Source: Patescibacteria group bacterium
GTDB taxonomy: Bacteria; Patescibacteriota; UBA1384; XYA2-FULL-43-10; 1-14-0-10-43-13
Direction of reading: 5' to 3'
DNA length: 64,000 nucleotides
NCBI GenBank assembly: GCA_041671645.1
Contig: JBAZBD010000001.1
Span: forward strand, 265,357 to 329,356
Below the pieces are notes generated by a model, which was given only the letters and a program-made list of their open reading frames with translations, was not told where the DNA came from and searched no databases. Both the position numbers and the translations under genes were made by a program. Of the stretch, positions 46,560 through 55,679 are shown piece by piece. The stretch's first letter is position 1; each line of letters begins with the position of its first letter.

Positions 46560-47795
46560 TTGATGCAAATATTTTCAAACAAAAAAGGTAAAATTCGGCT
46601 AAAGCAAGCCCTATTTTTTGTCTCGACACTCCTACTTCTGGGAGCGAGTTTTTGGTTTGGCGTCTCTTGCGGGAAGGGCAACGTCCCAATTCTTCGTGAT
46701 CTATCCTCTCAGGTTGTGAACAAAGAGGAGGACAAACCGAGTCAACTTGATTTTTCAATCTACTGGGATGCTTGGAACAAACTGGTTGAAAAAGCGGTAA
46801 TCAAGCCAGATCAGCAGAAGATGATCTATGGTTCGATCTCAGGCATGCTCTCGTCGCTCAATGATCCCTATACAGTGTTTTTCACACCAGAAGATGCCAA
46901 GAGATTCAAAGAAGATATCCAGGGTGAATTTGATGGCATCGGAGTTGAATTGATCCAGAAAAATGGTATACCAACAGTGGTAGCCCCGCTTTCAAAAACC
47001 CCGGCCGAGGCGGCTGGTATCAAAGCGGGCGACTTGATCGCCGAAGTTGATGGCACCAAGACTGAGACAATGGGATTCAATGAGGTGGTTGATAAGATAC
47101 GAGGCAAGAAGGGCACTACGGTGACGCTTAAAATTGTCCGTGAGGGGAAAGACGAGCCGATTACTGTCCTGGTGGTGCGTGACACAATTATCGTCAAAAG
47201 CGTCGAGTGGGAATTCAAGGATCAGGATGGCAAGAAGATTGGAATCGTCAAAATCAGACAATTTGGCGACGATACAAACTCGCTTTTTGATCAATTTGCC
47301 GCTGAAGCGATCAAAAATAAGGCCGATAGTGTCGTGGTCGACCTAAGAAACAACCCTGGCGGCTACCTCGAATCTGCGATTACTTTATCCAGCTATTTCA
47401 TTGATGGCGGTACTATTGTCAAAGAGAAAGATCGTAACGACAATGTTCGGGAATACAATGCCAACAAGAAAGCTACTCTGAAAAATATTAAGACTGCAGT
47501 GCTGGTCAACAAAGGATCGGCTTCTGCTTCTGAAATTTTCTCCGGCGCATTGCAAGACAGAAAAGTAGGCAAGATCATCGGCGAAAAGACATTTGGCAAG
47601 GGTTGCGTTCAGGAAATTATTGAGTTGAAAGATCAATCTGCAGTCAAAATTACGGTGGCCAACTGGCTGACGCCAAACGGCCGAGCGATAAATGGTGAAG
47701 GAATTACTCCTGATATCACAATCGTCAAAACTGACGACGCCAAAACAGATAATCAACTGGATCGGGCCATTCAATTTTTGACAAAAGGGGAGTAG
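46560..47795 (+). CDS. ctpA: C-terminal processing (tail-specific) protease, S41 family, with PDZ domain
   Basis: N-terminal TM, PDZ domain (GIGVEL...GIKAGDLIAEVDG) and the catalytic stretch NKGSASASEIF...FGKG. Confidence 0.85.
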   Translation: MMQIFSNKKGKIRLKQALFFVSTLLLLGASFWFGVSCGKGNVPILRDLSSQVVNKEEDKPSQLDFSIYWDAWNKLVEKAVIKPDQQKMIYGSISGMLSSLNDPYTVFFTPEDAKRFKEDIQGEFDGIGVELIQKNGIPTVVAPLSKTPAEAAGIKAGDLIAEVDGTKTETMGFNEVVDKIRGKKGTTVTLKIVREGKDEPITVLVVRDTIIVKSVEWEFKDQDGKKIGIVKIRQFGDDTNSLFDQFAAEAIKNKADSVVVDLRNNPGGYLESAITLSSYFIDGGTIVKEKDRNDNVREYNANKKATLKNIKTAVLVNKGSASASEIFSGALQDRKVGKIIGEKTFGKGCVQEIIELKDQSAVKITVANWLTPNGRAINGEGITPDITIVKTDDAKTDNQLDRAIQFLTKGE

Positions 47796-47797
47796 AA

Positions 47798-47825
47798 TTA
47801 AGTCATAAAGTTATCAAGTTCAGTC
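47798..47825. repeat. WAAAGTY-family short repeat
   Basis: TTAAGTCATAAAGTTATCAAGTTCAG. Confidence 0.35.
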
Positions 47826-47845
47826 TGTAAGCTCTAGGAGGGGCG

Positions 47846-49729
47846 ATGCCAGATACTCAACAAAACACTAATACGCCAACAACAGCCCCGAAGGGGTCTC
47901 CTTTGGGAACGCAGACAACAACACCTGCGCCTACTTCGAGTCCGTGGGAAGAACCTTTGCCTTTGGAAGATACCAAGCCGAAAATGATGGGCACTCTATC
48001 AAAAGAGGAATCGGCCGCTGTACCAGATTCAGCGCCCCCAAAGGGGGCCCCTTCGGGGCCGGTCTTTTCGTTGCCTAGCAATCCAGAGGAAAATGTTGTG
48101 CCCAAGCCTGTAACGCCTGCTGATTTGCCGGTATCTTCCCCAAAGGGGGCCCCTTCGGGGCCGGCTCCAGCTGCGCCTCCGCCCCCTGTCCCACCTGTCC
48201 CGCCCGTAACTCCGAAGGCTCCAGCTCCAAAAGTGGAGCCAGCTGTCGCCCCGGCCGCCCCGGTCAAAGCCCCCTCGATATTTGCAAGATTGGCCAAGAC
48301 CAAATCGATCGGCCTCGAATTGTTGAAGAGCAAAGCTGATGTAACACCACCTGTTGCGGCTCCGGCCGAAAATACTGCTTCGCCTGCACCTACGGTTGCT
48401 CCGGCTCCGATAGTTGAGAAAAAGATTGCTCCGACAATTCCAAATCTGAATGAATCAAAGCCAGCAATTTCTGGCGATATTTCTCCGGCTAAGCCCGTTG
48501 CTCCTGTTCCTGCCCCTGTTGTAGTGCCTCCACCTGTCGTGGCAGAGCCTATCGCTGCGGCTGTTCCGCAAGCTGCCCCTCCTGCACCAGCAGTGGTCAA
48601 GCAGCCCAAAGCCCCAATCAAAATCTCTCCTAGGAAGCTTTGGACGGCTGGCGTCATTGTCGGTCTTTTGGCTATATTTTCGCTGATGACTTGGCTGACA
48701 GAGATTGGATTTGTCTCAGTCGGCTTGGAAAAGGTTTATGGTGCGGTTAATATCCAAGCACTTTGGGGTGGTTTGCCAGCAAACGGTGAACTTGCTCTTG
48801 GCAAATCATTTGTCGTGATGAAGGACAACCCAAACTTTGAAGTATCTGGCACGCTTGTCGTAGATATCGACCGAACCAAGAATTCTACCGTGACTAAGCC
48901 TCTCGTCTCATATTTTCCCGATATCTATGTCAAAGAAACTGTCCAGAAGGCAAAATTGGCAGTTTATACTGGTTATGATGTCGATGGCTCATCGGTGGAT
49001 GCAACTCCTACGGACACTACGACTTCGACCGACACAACGGACAGCAGCGCTACTTCAGATACAACTACAGCGGCAGATACAACAACTTCTGCTAGCTCAG
49101 TTGCGAGCTCTTCGAAGCAGGAGGATTTTCCGGCTTACCAAAACGTAACTTCAACGATCAAAGAATTGAATGCAGATGTCACTGGCAGTTTCACGGACAA
49201 TGGCGGTAGCGCCAAATTTCAGTTCAAGAAACCTGTCGGATCGACAGATGTTGAGCTCAAACAGCAGGCGGGCAAGCTTTGGCTAAAGAGCAAGATTGCC
49301 TTCACCAAGAACCAAGATGCCACCAAATGGATGGAGATGGGCATGGGCCCAGTTAAGGCGGGGAACAGTATTGTCGAGAGTCTTTTTAGCGCCTCACCGG
49401 CCGACGGTTTGTCAGCGACAGGCTCGAGGGTGGGCAATGAGAAAATTGGCAATGTTCGAACATACCACTATAATTTCAAATCCCTGGAGATCGGCGATTC
49501 GCTTATCGCCCTTGGAATCAAGAATGAAATGGTCGACAGTATCTCAGGAGACGTCTGGATCGGAATCAAGGACCAAAAAATCCAAAAGATTGATCTCAAG
49601 ATCACTCCAGCGCCGTCCTATTCAGTTACAATGCTGAAATTATCCCTAACTCTCAGTAACTTCGGTGAAGCTGAATTTGCCAAACCGCTTGCGACTGAGA
49701 TTCTGCCTGCCAGTTTTGTATCTCAATAA
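47846..49729 (+). CDS. Pro/Ala-rich membrane-anchored surface protein (N-terminal low-complexity, central TM, Thr/Ser-rich linker, C-terminal domain)
   Basis: PAPAP/PPV-rich region of about 270 aa containing two PKGAPSGP repeats, a TM helix LWTAGVIVGLLAIFSLMTWL, a T/S-rich tract and a C-terminal domain of about 200 aa. Confidence 0.55.
   Translation: MPDTQQNTNTPTTAPKGSPLGTQTTTPAPTSSPWEEPLPLEDTKPKMMGTLSKEESAAVPDSAPPKGAPSGPVFSLPSNPEENVVPKPVTPADLPVSSPKGAPSGPAPAAPPPPVPPVPPVTPKAPAPKVEPAVAPAAPVKAPSIFARLAKTKSIGLELLKSKADVTPPVAAPAENTASPAPTVAPAPIVEKKIAPTIPNLNESKPAISGDISPAKPVAPVPAPVVVPPPVVAEPIAAAVPQAAPPAPAVVKQPKAPIKISPRKLWTAGVIVGLLAIFSLMTWLTEIGFVSVGLEKVYGAVNIQALWGGLPANGELALGKSFVVMKDNPNFEVSGTLVVDIDRTKNSTVTKPLVSYFPDIYVKETVQKAKLAVYTGYDVDGSSVDATPTDTTTSTDTTDSSATSDTTTAADTTTSASSVASSSKQEDFPAYQNVTSTIKELNADVTGSFTDNGGSAKFQFKKPVGSTDVELKQQAGKLWLKSKIAFTKNQDATKWMEMGMGPVKAGNSIVESLFSASPADGLSATGSRVGNEKIGNVRTYHYNFKSLEIGDSLIALGIKNEMVDSISGDVWIGIKDQKIQKIDLKITPAPSYSVTMLKLSLTLSNFGEAEFAKPLATEILPASFVSQ
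48036..48062 (+). repeat. 27-bp direct repeat copy 1 (in-frame, encodes PKGAPSGP)
   Basis: CCCAAAGGGGGCCCCTTCGGGGCCGG. Twin-hairpin architecture like the alaS/lysS leader motif. Confidence 0.7.
48138..48164 (+). repeat. 27-bp direct repeat copy 2 (identical)
   Basis: Identical 27-mer 102 bp downstream of copy 1. Confidence 0.7.
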
Positions 49730-49822
49730 TTGGAGTATGGTGACCTTTACTATTCGACTTAGCCATAGTATATTCTTCATGACAAACAAATAAATTATCC
49801 GCCAGCTGGCGGAAGGAGTAAA

Positions 49823-50374
49823 ATGACTTGGTTTTTAATCATTGTTGCGGTAGCCGTGGTCGCTGTGATCGGAATTTATAACAAATTGGTCCAATTGAAC
49901 ATTCGAACCGATGAGGCTTGGAGCGATATTGACGTCCAGATGAAACGTCGGGCAGATTTGATCCCAAACCTAATTGAGACAGTCAAGGGTTACGCGAAGC
50001 ACGAAAAAGGTGTTTTTGAGGGCGTGACAGAGGCCAGAACTCAGATGCTCGGGGCAAAATCAGTTGGCGAGAAGGCCAAAGCCGAGAACATGATGGAAAG
50101 TGCGCTCAAATCAATTTTTGCCGTCGCTGAGGCTTATCCAGATCTCAAAGCAAATCAGAATTTTGCTCAGCTTCAGGCTGACTTGACTGACACAGAAGAT
50201 AAGATCCAAGCTTCAAGAAGATTCTATAACGCCAACGTTCGTGATCTGAATATTGCAATCCAGTCTTTCCCAACGAACATTTTTGCTAGCATGTTCAAAT
50301 ACAAGAAAAGAGATCTTTTTGAGATCACTAATGCCGCCGAAAAAGAGCCAGTTAAAGTCGACTTCAACAATTAA
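49823..50374 (+). CDS. lemA: LemA-family membrane protein
   Basis: N-terminal TM and the LemA signature YNKLV.L...E.WS.IDVQ..RR.DLIPNL..TVKGYA.HEK. Confidence 0.8.
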   Translation: MTWFLIIVAVAVVAVIGIYNKLVQLNIRTDEAWSDIDVQMKRRADLIPNLIETVKGYAKHEKGVFEGVTEARTQMLGAKSVGEKAKAENMMESALKSIFAVAEAYPDLKANQNFAQLQADLTDTEDKIQASRRFYNANVRDLNIAIQSFPTNIFASMFKYKKRDLFEITNAAEKEPVKVDFNN

Positions 50375-50386
50375 GGAAATACCCAT

Positions 50387-50734
50387 ATGGCACTAAAGAA
50401 AATCAAAATACCAAAGATGAACTTCAAGAAGCTTGATTGGTCAAAGTGGAATTTTCGTAAGATGAACTGGCAGACAATATTGGCGGTAATTGCTTATTTG
50501 CCTGTTTTGACAATCATTTCACTTGTTTTCTCTTCCAAAAACCCATATCTAACTTTCCACGTTAGACAGGGTATTGCCCTTCACCTACTCTGGATTCTCT
50601 TCGTCTTTTCATTTTTCCTGCCCCTGATCCCATGGATTCTAGCGGTCGCTCTTTTGGCGCTCACTGTGATCGGAATTATCAATGTTGTTTCGGGTCATGA
50701 AAGAAAATTGCCAGTCGTTGGTCAATTAATATAA
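50387..50734 (+). CDS. Hypothetical small membrane protein (2-3 TM)
   Basis: Lys-rich N-terminus followed by hydrophobic helices. Lies between lemA and htpX. Confidence 0.45.
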   Translation: MALKKIKIPKMNFKKLDWSKWNFRKMNWQTILAVIAYLPVLTIISLVFSSKNPYLTFHVRQGIALHLLWILFVFSFFLPLIPWILAVALLALTVIGIINVVSGHERKLPVVGQLI

Positions 50735-50743
50735 GCACTCAAT

Positions 50744-51655
50744 ATGAATATCTGGAAACAAGTCGATGCTAATAAGCAGAGGAGCATTTTTCTGGTCTTC
50801 ATATTTGTGCTAGTCGTGATTGGGATCGGCTGGTTGTTCTCCAATTATTACGGTAATCCTGCGATTTTGTATTTTGCAGTCGCTCTCGCCTTGACCCAAT
50901 CATTGGTCGGCTATTATGGCGGTGACAGCATAATCTTGAGTTCTTCTGGCGCCCAGCTTGTCACCAAAAGAAGCGATCTGCCAGTGCTCTGGAATGCGGT
51001 CGAAAATATGTCGATTGCTTCTGGCCTACCGATGCCGAAGGTCTACGTCATCAACGATCCCGCGCCCAATGCCTTTGCCACTGGCCGGGATCCGAAGCAT
51101 GCCTCAATCGCCGCTACGACTGGTCTGTTGCAAGTTTTGGACAAGAATGAGCTAGAGGGCGTCGTCGCCCATGAAATGTCTCACGTCGGCAACTATGACA
51201 TTCGCCTGATGACGATTATTACCGTTCTAGTCTCCGTCATTGCGATACTCTCTGACATTTTTGTCCGTTCCCAGATATTTGGATTTGGCCGGAAGCGTGA
51301 CAACAATAGTGAGGGCGGTGGTCTGATGGCAATTTTGAGTATTGTGGCGCTGGTACTAGCACCGATTGTCGGCACTATTATCCAGCTTGCAATCTCTCGC
51401 AAGCGCGAATTTTTGGCTGATGCCGATGGGGCATTGCTGACTGGTTACCCAGCCGGATTGGCTGGCGCTTTGGAGAAAATTTCAAAGTTTAGCAAGCCCT
51501 TAGAGCGTGCCAATACTGCCACTGCTCATCTTTATATTTCCAATCCATTGGGCGGGGGAAATCCAGAAGAAAAGGAGCCTGGTTTTCTCGCAAAAACGTT
51601 TTCTACCCATCCACCGATCAAGGAGCGGATCAGATTGCTTCGTCAAATGAGCTAG
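50744..51655 (+). CDS. htpX: M48-family zinc metalloprotease HtpX-like
   Basis: Two N-terminal TM helices, HEMSHV (HExxH), additional TM helices and a C-terminal Glu ligand region. Confidence 0.85.
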   Translation: MNIWKQVDANKQRSIFLVFIFVLVVIGIGWLFSNYYGNPAILYFAVALALTQSLVGYYGGDSIILSSSGAQLVTKRSDLPVLWNAVENMSIASGLPMPKVYVINDPAPNAFATGRDPKHASIAATTGLLQVLDKNELEGVVAHEMSHVGNYDIRLMTIITVLVSVIAILSDIFVRSQIFGFGRKRDNNSEGGGLMAILSIVALVLAPIVGTIIQLAISRKREFLADADGALLTGYPAGLAGALEKISKFSKPLERANTATAHLYISNPLGGGNPEEKEPGFLAKTFSTHPPIKERIRLLRQMS

Positions 51656-51675
51656 ACAGTTTTTGATCTTGGGAC

Positions 51676-51697
51676 AACCTCCTGGCGGAGGTTTTTT
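51676..51697 (+). terminator. Rho-independent terminator after htpX
   Basis: AACCTCC-TGGC-GGAGGTT followed by TTTTT. Confidence 0.6.
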
Positions 51698-51768
51698 GAT
51701 TGACAAGAATCACTTAATGTTATATAGTTTCAGGTCATCGTACATGACAATTTGAGGAGGTAGTAGTT

Positions 51769-52737
51769 ATGTCTATCGGTACGAATTGGTTCGGCATATT
51801 TGTCGATTCCATAATGTCACTGGGGAAGCATGGCTTCCGTCCGCCTTTGCAGAAGATTGCAAAGGAAATCGAGCTTTGGTTCGCGGAGCATTATCCGACC
51901 GTGAACAGAAAGTTCAAAGTCTCTGTTTCTTGCCGTAGGATTCCAGTCAACGACTGTTTCTATGGCGTTGACGCTCTCCGGATCCCTCCGGACCGTCTAA
52001 CGACAGTTGAACTGAGAGTTCGCCTCCGTGGAGAACTGAATCAGTGGCAGGTTTTCCTGGCTTGTGGTGATGTCCTTACCGCCAAGAACATTTTTTCTAT
52101 CCTGCGCCCTGAGGCGATGCAATACCTCGAGCGATACGAAGGGACGTGGGAAAAGCGAGTCAAGGATAGTTCGCCCAATCCGCATCCGATTTTTCGGGAT
52201 CCAAAGAGATCGGAGAAAAATAGGAAAGCAACTTCGGAAAGCCGTATGCATACGGAGATCCAAAAGATGCTTAGCACTCCTCGGGCCTTGGCAAAGCTTT
52301 GCGGCAGCAGCGCCTACTACGCTGAGACGGATGGCTCGATCAGCAAGACAAATTTTGCTCGAATTATGAGTACCATTGTTTTGGCACAGCTGAATGATGA
52401 GGCGAAATGGCACCTGACCTATCAGTTGGTGTTTATGTGTATCGTCGATCCTATCCCGGATCGACCAGAGCTCTTCATGCCAAAATCGCTCTTTTGGGAG
52501 TATGTGGAAGAGTATCACAAGATGATGACAGGCAGCCGTCAGCGAGCGCTGGAACGGCAAATCGTAGAGGTATTTCAGAAAATCCAGGGCATTCGGGCCG
52601 AACGAGGTAATCTTCTTGCTCGGATCAGGTTGGCCGAGGAAAAAGAAGAAAAGCTGAACAACCAGCTTGCCTCTCTCGGGGCGGAGAAAGCGGAGGTCGA
52701 TTTGGCCTTAGCCCAGTTCCTCTCGAAACAAAAGTAA
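51769..52737 (+). CDS. Hypothetical protein (GC-rich, C-terminal coiled-coil)
   Basis: 322-aa ORF. RBS GAGGAGG. No recognisable domain. Confidence 0.45.
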   Translation: MSIGTNWFGIFVDSIMSLGKHGFRPPLQKIAKEIELWFAEHYPTVNRKFKVSVSCRRIPVNDCFYGVDALRIPPDRLTTVELRVRLRGELNQWQVFLACGDVLTAKNIFSILRPEAMQYLERYEGTWEKRVKDSSPNPHPIFRDPKRSEKNRKATSESRMHTEIQKMLSTPRALAKLCGSSAYYAETDGSISKTNFARIMSTIVLAQLNDEAKWHLTYQLVFMCIVDPIPDRPELFMPKSLFWEYVEEYHKMMTGSRQRALERQIVEVFQKIQGIRAERGNLLARIRLAEEKEEKLNNQLASLGAEKAEVDLALAQFLSKQK

Positions 52738-52771
52738 TTTCATCTCGTCATCATATACTGGTGGCGAGTTT

Positions 52772-52981
52772 TTATATCCGAAAGGTGATTTTCCTCTCTG
52801 ACTTTGACACTTCCGTTTTCAGTTTTCGGATAGTGATCAGAGAGAGATCCTCGATATTAAGAATGCGGCCGTCCTCAAGCAGGATTTTGCCGCTTTTTTT
52901 GTCCTTAAATTTCCCGGTCGATGTTTCGCCGTCTTTGAATTTGAAATATAGAGGAGTGCCTTTGGGGAAGCTAGTGTGCAT
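52772..52981 (-). CDS. Hypothetical small Lys-rich protein (69 aa)
   Basis: More protein-like than the overlapping + strand ORF. A convergent terminator-like hairpin lies at 52749-52778. Confidence 0.3.
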   Translation of the reverse strand: MHTSFPKGTPLYFKFKDGETSTGKFKDKKSGKILLEDGRILNIEDLSLITIRKLKTEVSKSERKITFRI

Positions 52982-53083
52982 ATTTTCAGAATATCACAAT
53001 TTGCAAAATAATGTTTAACATGAAAATATCTAGTTCCAGACTATATAATTTACATGTACATCTCATATCTCATGTGTTTTCTG

Positions 53084-53112
53084 TTGACATATCGTTAGCG
53101 ATTATGTATCAT
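53084..53112 (+). promoter_or_regulatory. Putative sigma70-type promoter
   Basis: TTGACA - 17 nt spacer - TATCAT, upstream of the TrpR-like gene. Confidence 0.45.
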
Positions 53113-53148
53113 CGTGTTAACACAGTGAAGCATAATCAACATACAAAA

Positions 53149-53448
53149 ATGAAACGAGAATTAGAATCACAATTAGAAACACCGGCGGCCAAGAGACTTT
53201 ATGAAGTTCTGGCGCTTATCGATAAGCCAGAAGACATGGCCAACTTTTTACGTGATCTTTTGACGCTCGAAGAAATAGAAGAGGCGAGTCGGAGATTGCT
53301 CTCGGCCAAGTTGCTCAAAGAGGGCAAGAGCATTCGCTACATTGCCAAAGAAATTGGTGTGTCGACGACGACAGTTGTTCGTATTAACTATTGGCTCCAT
53401 CACGGTATGGGCGGTTACGACCTGGCTTTGGAGAAATTAAAGTCTTAA
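53149..53448 (+). CDS. TrpR-like (YerC/YecD family) helix-turn-helix protein
   Basis: About 99 aa. ...LLTLEEIEEASRRLLSAKLLKEGKSIRYIAKEIGVSTTTVVRINYWL... is typical of the Trp-repressor fold. Confidence 0.55.
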   Translation: MKRELESQLETPAAKRLYEVLALIDKPEDMANFLRDLLTLEEIEEASRRLLSAKLLKEGKSIRYIAKEIGVSTTTVVRINYWLHHGMGGYDLALEKLKS

Positions 53449-53531
53449 TTTTTCTATAAGCTCGATCGTTTCTGCCAATCAATTCCGCCTAACGGCGGTT
53501 TTTTGGTTGTGCAGAAAATTCAAAACGACGA

Positions 53532-53855
53532 GTGGTGAAGGGGACTGTTATGAATAAGCACCTTAAAAAATTAGAACCAGGAGATCAACTCGATTTCCAA
53601 AGCAATGGCGGATATTTGCCTTGCTACTGCCTCGATGATGTTAGCGGTAAAATTGTTTTTATCGCTATGATCGCAGAACATTTTTACCAAGCCATGATGA
53701 GGTCCTATTGTAGCGGAAGTTATTGGGCTGCAAGTATAACTTGCGGAATTCCCTATAAGACCAAATCGCTTCATTTCGATGAGATAGATCATAGTATTAT
53801 TTGTCGAGTGGAGATGTTTGTTCATCCTGATTTGATGACTGGTAGGAGGATGTGA
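53532..53855 (+). CDS. Hypothetical Cys-rich protein (107 aa)
   Basis: Translationally coupled to the next ORF (GGAGGATGTGAGATG). Confidence 0.4.
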   Translation: MVKGTVMNKHLKKLEPGDQLDFQSNGGYLPCYCLDDVSGKIVFIAMIAEHFYQAMMRSYCSGSYWAASITCGIPYKTKSLHFDEIDHSIICRVEMFVHPDLMTGRRM

Positions 53856-53856
53856 G

Positions 53857-54411
53857 ATGAAACTTGATTTTGACAAACTGTTTGCATTATTGATTGATGC
53901 AAAGGTCGCTGACGGATTTTTGGTCACAGTCCGCGACATTATGACAAATGTGATTTTATACTCTGATCGAATATCGGTCGAGAATATCAAGGCACTTTTG
54001 TCTTGCCGTGATGCTACATATTGGCGTGCCGGAGATGATTGGGAAAGAACAGGTTTGTATATCCTTTCGGCTTGGATTGATGAAAGCAATCTTAATATTT
54101 GTTTTTTGACAGAGCCAAGACCACGTAGATCTTTCCTGAATATTCGAAACGAAAAAGGGGGGCTTTCGATGAGTAAACCCAGAAAAATCAATGATGAAAT
54201 AATCCCCGGAACTATTACCAGTTCTGTTGAGGATCCCTTGATAACTGAAAATACATTGTTTATGTGCCTCTGGACTTGTCCAGCTTGTGATATAAAAATA
54301 TATTCTCCAGTTTATCTAGATATGAACTTACAGTTGCGTCGTTGCCAGAAATGCGACGAATGCTATCCTGTTGATTTCTCAGAATACCTTAAGGAGGTAA
54401 ATCATGAGTAA
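53857..54411 (+). CDS. Hypothetical protein with C-terminal CxxC...CxxC zinc-ribbon
   Basis: CPACD...CQKCDEC near the C-terminus. Overlaps the hisI start by 8 nt. Confidence 0.45.
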   Translation: MKLDFDKLFALLIDAKVADGFLVTVRDIMTNVILYSDRISVENIKALLSCRDATYWRAGDDWERTGLYILSAWIDESNLNICFLTEPRPRRSFLNIRNEKGGLSMSKPRKINDEIIPGTITSSVEDPLITENTLFMCLWTCPACDIKIYSPVYLDMNLQLRRCQKCDECYPVDFSEYLKEVNHE

Positions 54412-54784
54412 ATTCATCGAAGTCTCGAGTCAAGTTTTAGGACTTGATTGGAGCAAAATGTTTGGTTTTGTAATCGTGGTAATTCAAGATTCCAAGACCA
54501 ATGTAGTGCTGATGGTCGGGGTAATGAATGAAGCGGCGCTTCGCATTACCTTGGCCACCGGGAAGGTGACTTTTTGGTCTAGAACTCGAGATAAACTATG
54601 GACCAAGGGGGAAACTTCCGGCAATTTCCTAAATGTTTGTGAGATCTTGGTCGACTGCGACCGAGATACACTTCTCATTCTAGTCGAGCCAATCGGCCCG
54701 ACTTGCCACACTGGTGCCGTTAGCTGTTTTGAAGAGGCTAATGGTGAATTGCGAATCTTCAAAATGGGAGAAGAAAATGTTTGA
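54404..54784 (+). CDS. hisI: Phosphoribosyl-AMP cyclohydrolase (monofunctional HisI)
   Basis: VVIQDSKTNVVLMVGVMNEAALRITLATGKVTFWSRTRDKLWTKGETSGNFLNV.EILVDCDRDTLLILVEP.GPTCHTGAVSCF matches the HisI core including the metal-binding Cys residues. Confidence 0.8.
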   Translation: MSKFIEVSSQVLGLDWSKMFGFVIVVIQDSKTNVVLMVGVMNEAALRITLATGKVTFWSRTRDKLWTKGETSGNFLNVCEILVDCDRDTLLILVEPIGPTCHTGAVSCFEEANGELRIFKMGEENV

Positions 54785-55679
54785 ATTTTTAGCGGGTTTT
54801 GCTCTGGCAGTGCCAGATGGGTCCATGGAAGCAGTCGTGATCAATTGGCTCAAAAAAGCTGGAATCGCGATTCTCTTTTCGAACGGTCGAGTCAAAACTG
54901 GTACGACCAATGTTCCTTTTATTCAATCATTGACGTTATTGCGTCCGCAGGAAATACCGATATATCTCGAAAAAGGGTGTTTCCAGGTGGCAATTGCCAA
55001 CGAAGATTGGATTGCAAATTGGCAGTCTGATGTAGTCATCCTTGCTCGTTTTCCGATTGCGAGGGCGACAAATCAGGCGGTGAGAATAGTTCTAGCCGTG
55101 TCTAAGGCAAGTGGCTATGAGGCTATCGGAGATTTGCCCAAAGGGTCAACGATAGCGACCGAATATGTCGAGTTGACAGGGCAGTATCTAGCCCAAAAGG
55201 GCCGAGCTGATATCGAGGTGATTCGTTCTTGGGGCGGCACCGAACAGAAGATAAAGTTTGGTGCTGCTGCGATTGTTGAATTAACCGAAACGGGTAGCTC
55301 ACTTATCTCAAACGGTTTGAAAATTATCGATGAAATCATGATTTCCAATACTGTTATCGCGGTAAATCGCGAGGCATACAATAACATAGATCTGCGTCCG
55401 CAGATAGATTGGTTTGTTGAGGTGATGAAGGGTGCAAATCTGGCAGATAGTTATGTATTCGTTCAGGCCAATGTTTCGGAAGGAGCAGTAAAGAAAGCGT
55501 CCGAAATTCTTGGCGGAATGTATGCGCCGACTATCAGCTCGCTTACAACTTCTGGCTGGTATTCGATATCTGCCTATGTGCTAAAAAATTGTCAGCACGA
55601 AATAGTCTTCCAATTATTGCAGATGGAAGTAAAAGATATCTGTGTTCACGATAATATATCCATGGTCTTGGGTCGTTAA
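54777..55679 (+). CDS. hisG: ATP phosphoribosyltransferase, long form with C-terminal regulatory domain
   Basis: PRPP-binding region AIVELTETGSSLISNGLKII and length about 300 aa. The start overlaps the hisI stop. Confidence 0.75.
   Translation: MFEFLAGFALAVPDGSMEAVVINWLKKAGIAILFSNGRVKTGTTNVPFIQSLTLLRPQEIPIYLEKGCFQVAIANEDWIANWQSDVVILARFPIARATNQAVRIVLAVSKASGYEAIGDLPKGSTIATEYVELTGQYLAQKGRADIEVIRSWGGTEQKIKFGAAAIVELTETGSSLISNGLKIIDEIMISNTVIAVNREAYNNIDLRPQIDWFVEVMKGANLADSYVFVQANVSEGAVKKASEILGGMYAPTISSLTTSGWYSISAYVLKNCQHEIVFQLLQMEVKDICVHDNISMVLGR

Noticed and set aside
47857-48657. 266-aa Gly/Ala-rich ORF on the minus strand
   Set aside because: It is the antisense reading of the Pro/Ala-rich gene at 47846-49729; GC-rich Pro codons give Gly codons in reverse. 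It has no independent start context, and the + strand gene has a TM helix and domain structure.
51997-52560. 187-aa minus-strand ORF and overlapping small ORFs within the 322-aa hypothetical gene region
   Set aside because: The + strand 322-aa ORF has an RBS and fills the whole intergenic span between the htpX terminator and the next terminator-like hairpin. The antisense ORFs are Arg/Leu-rich, typical of GC-rich antisense frames. Strand choice is still uncertain because neither frame has homology.
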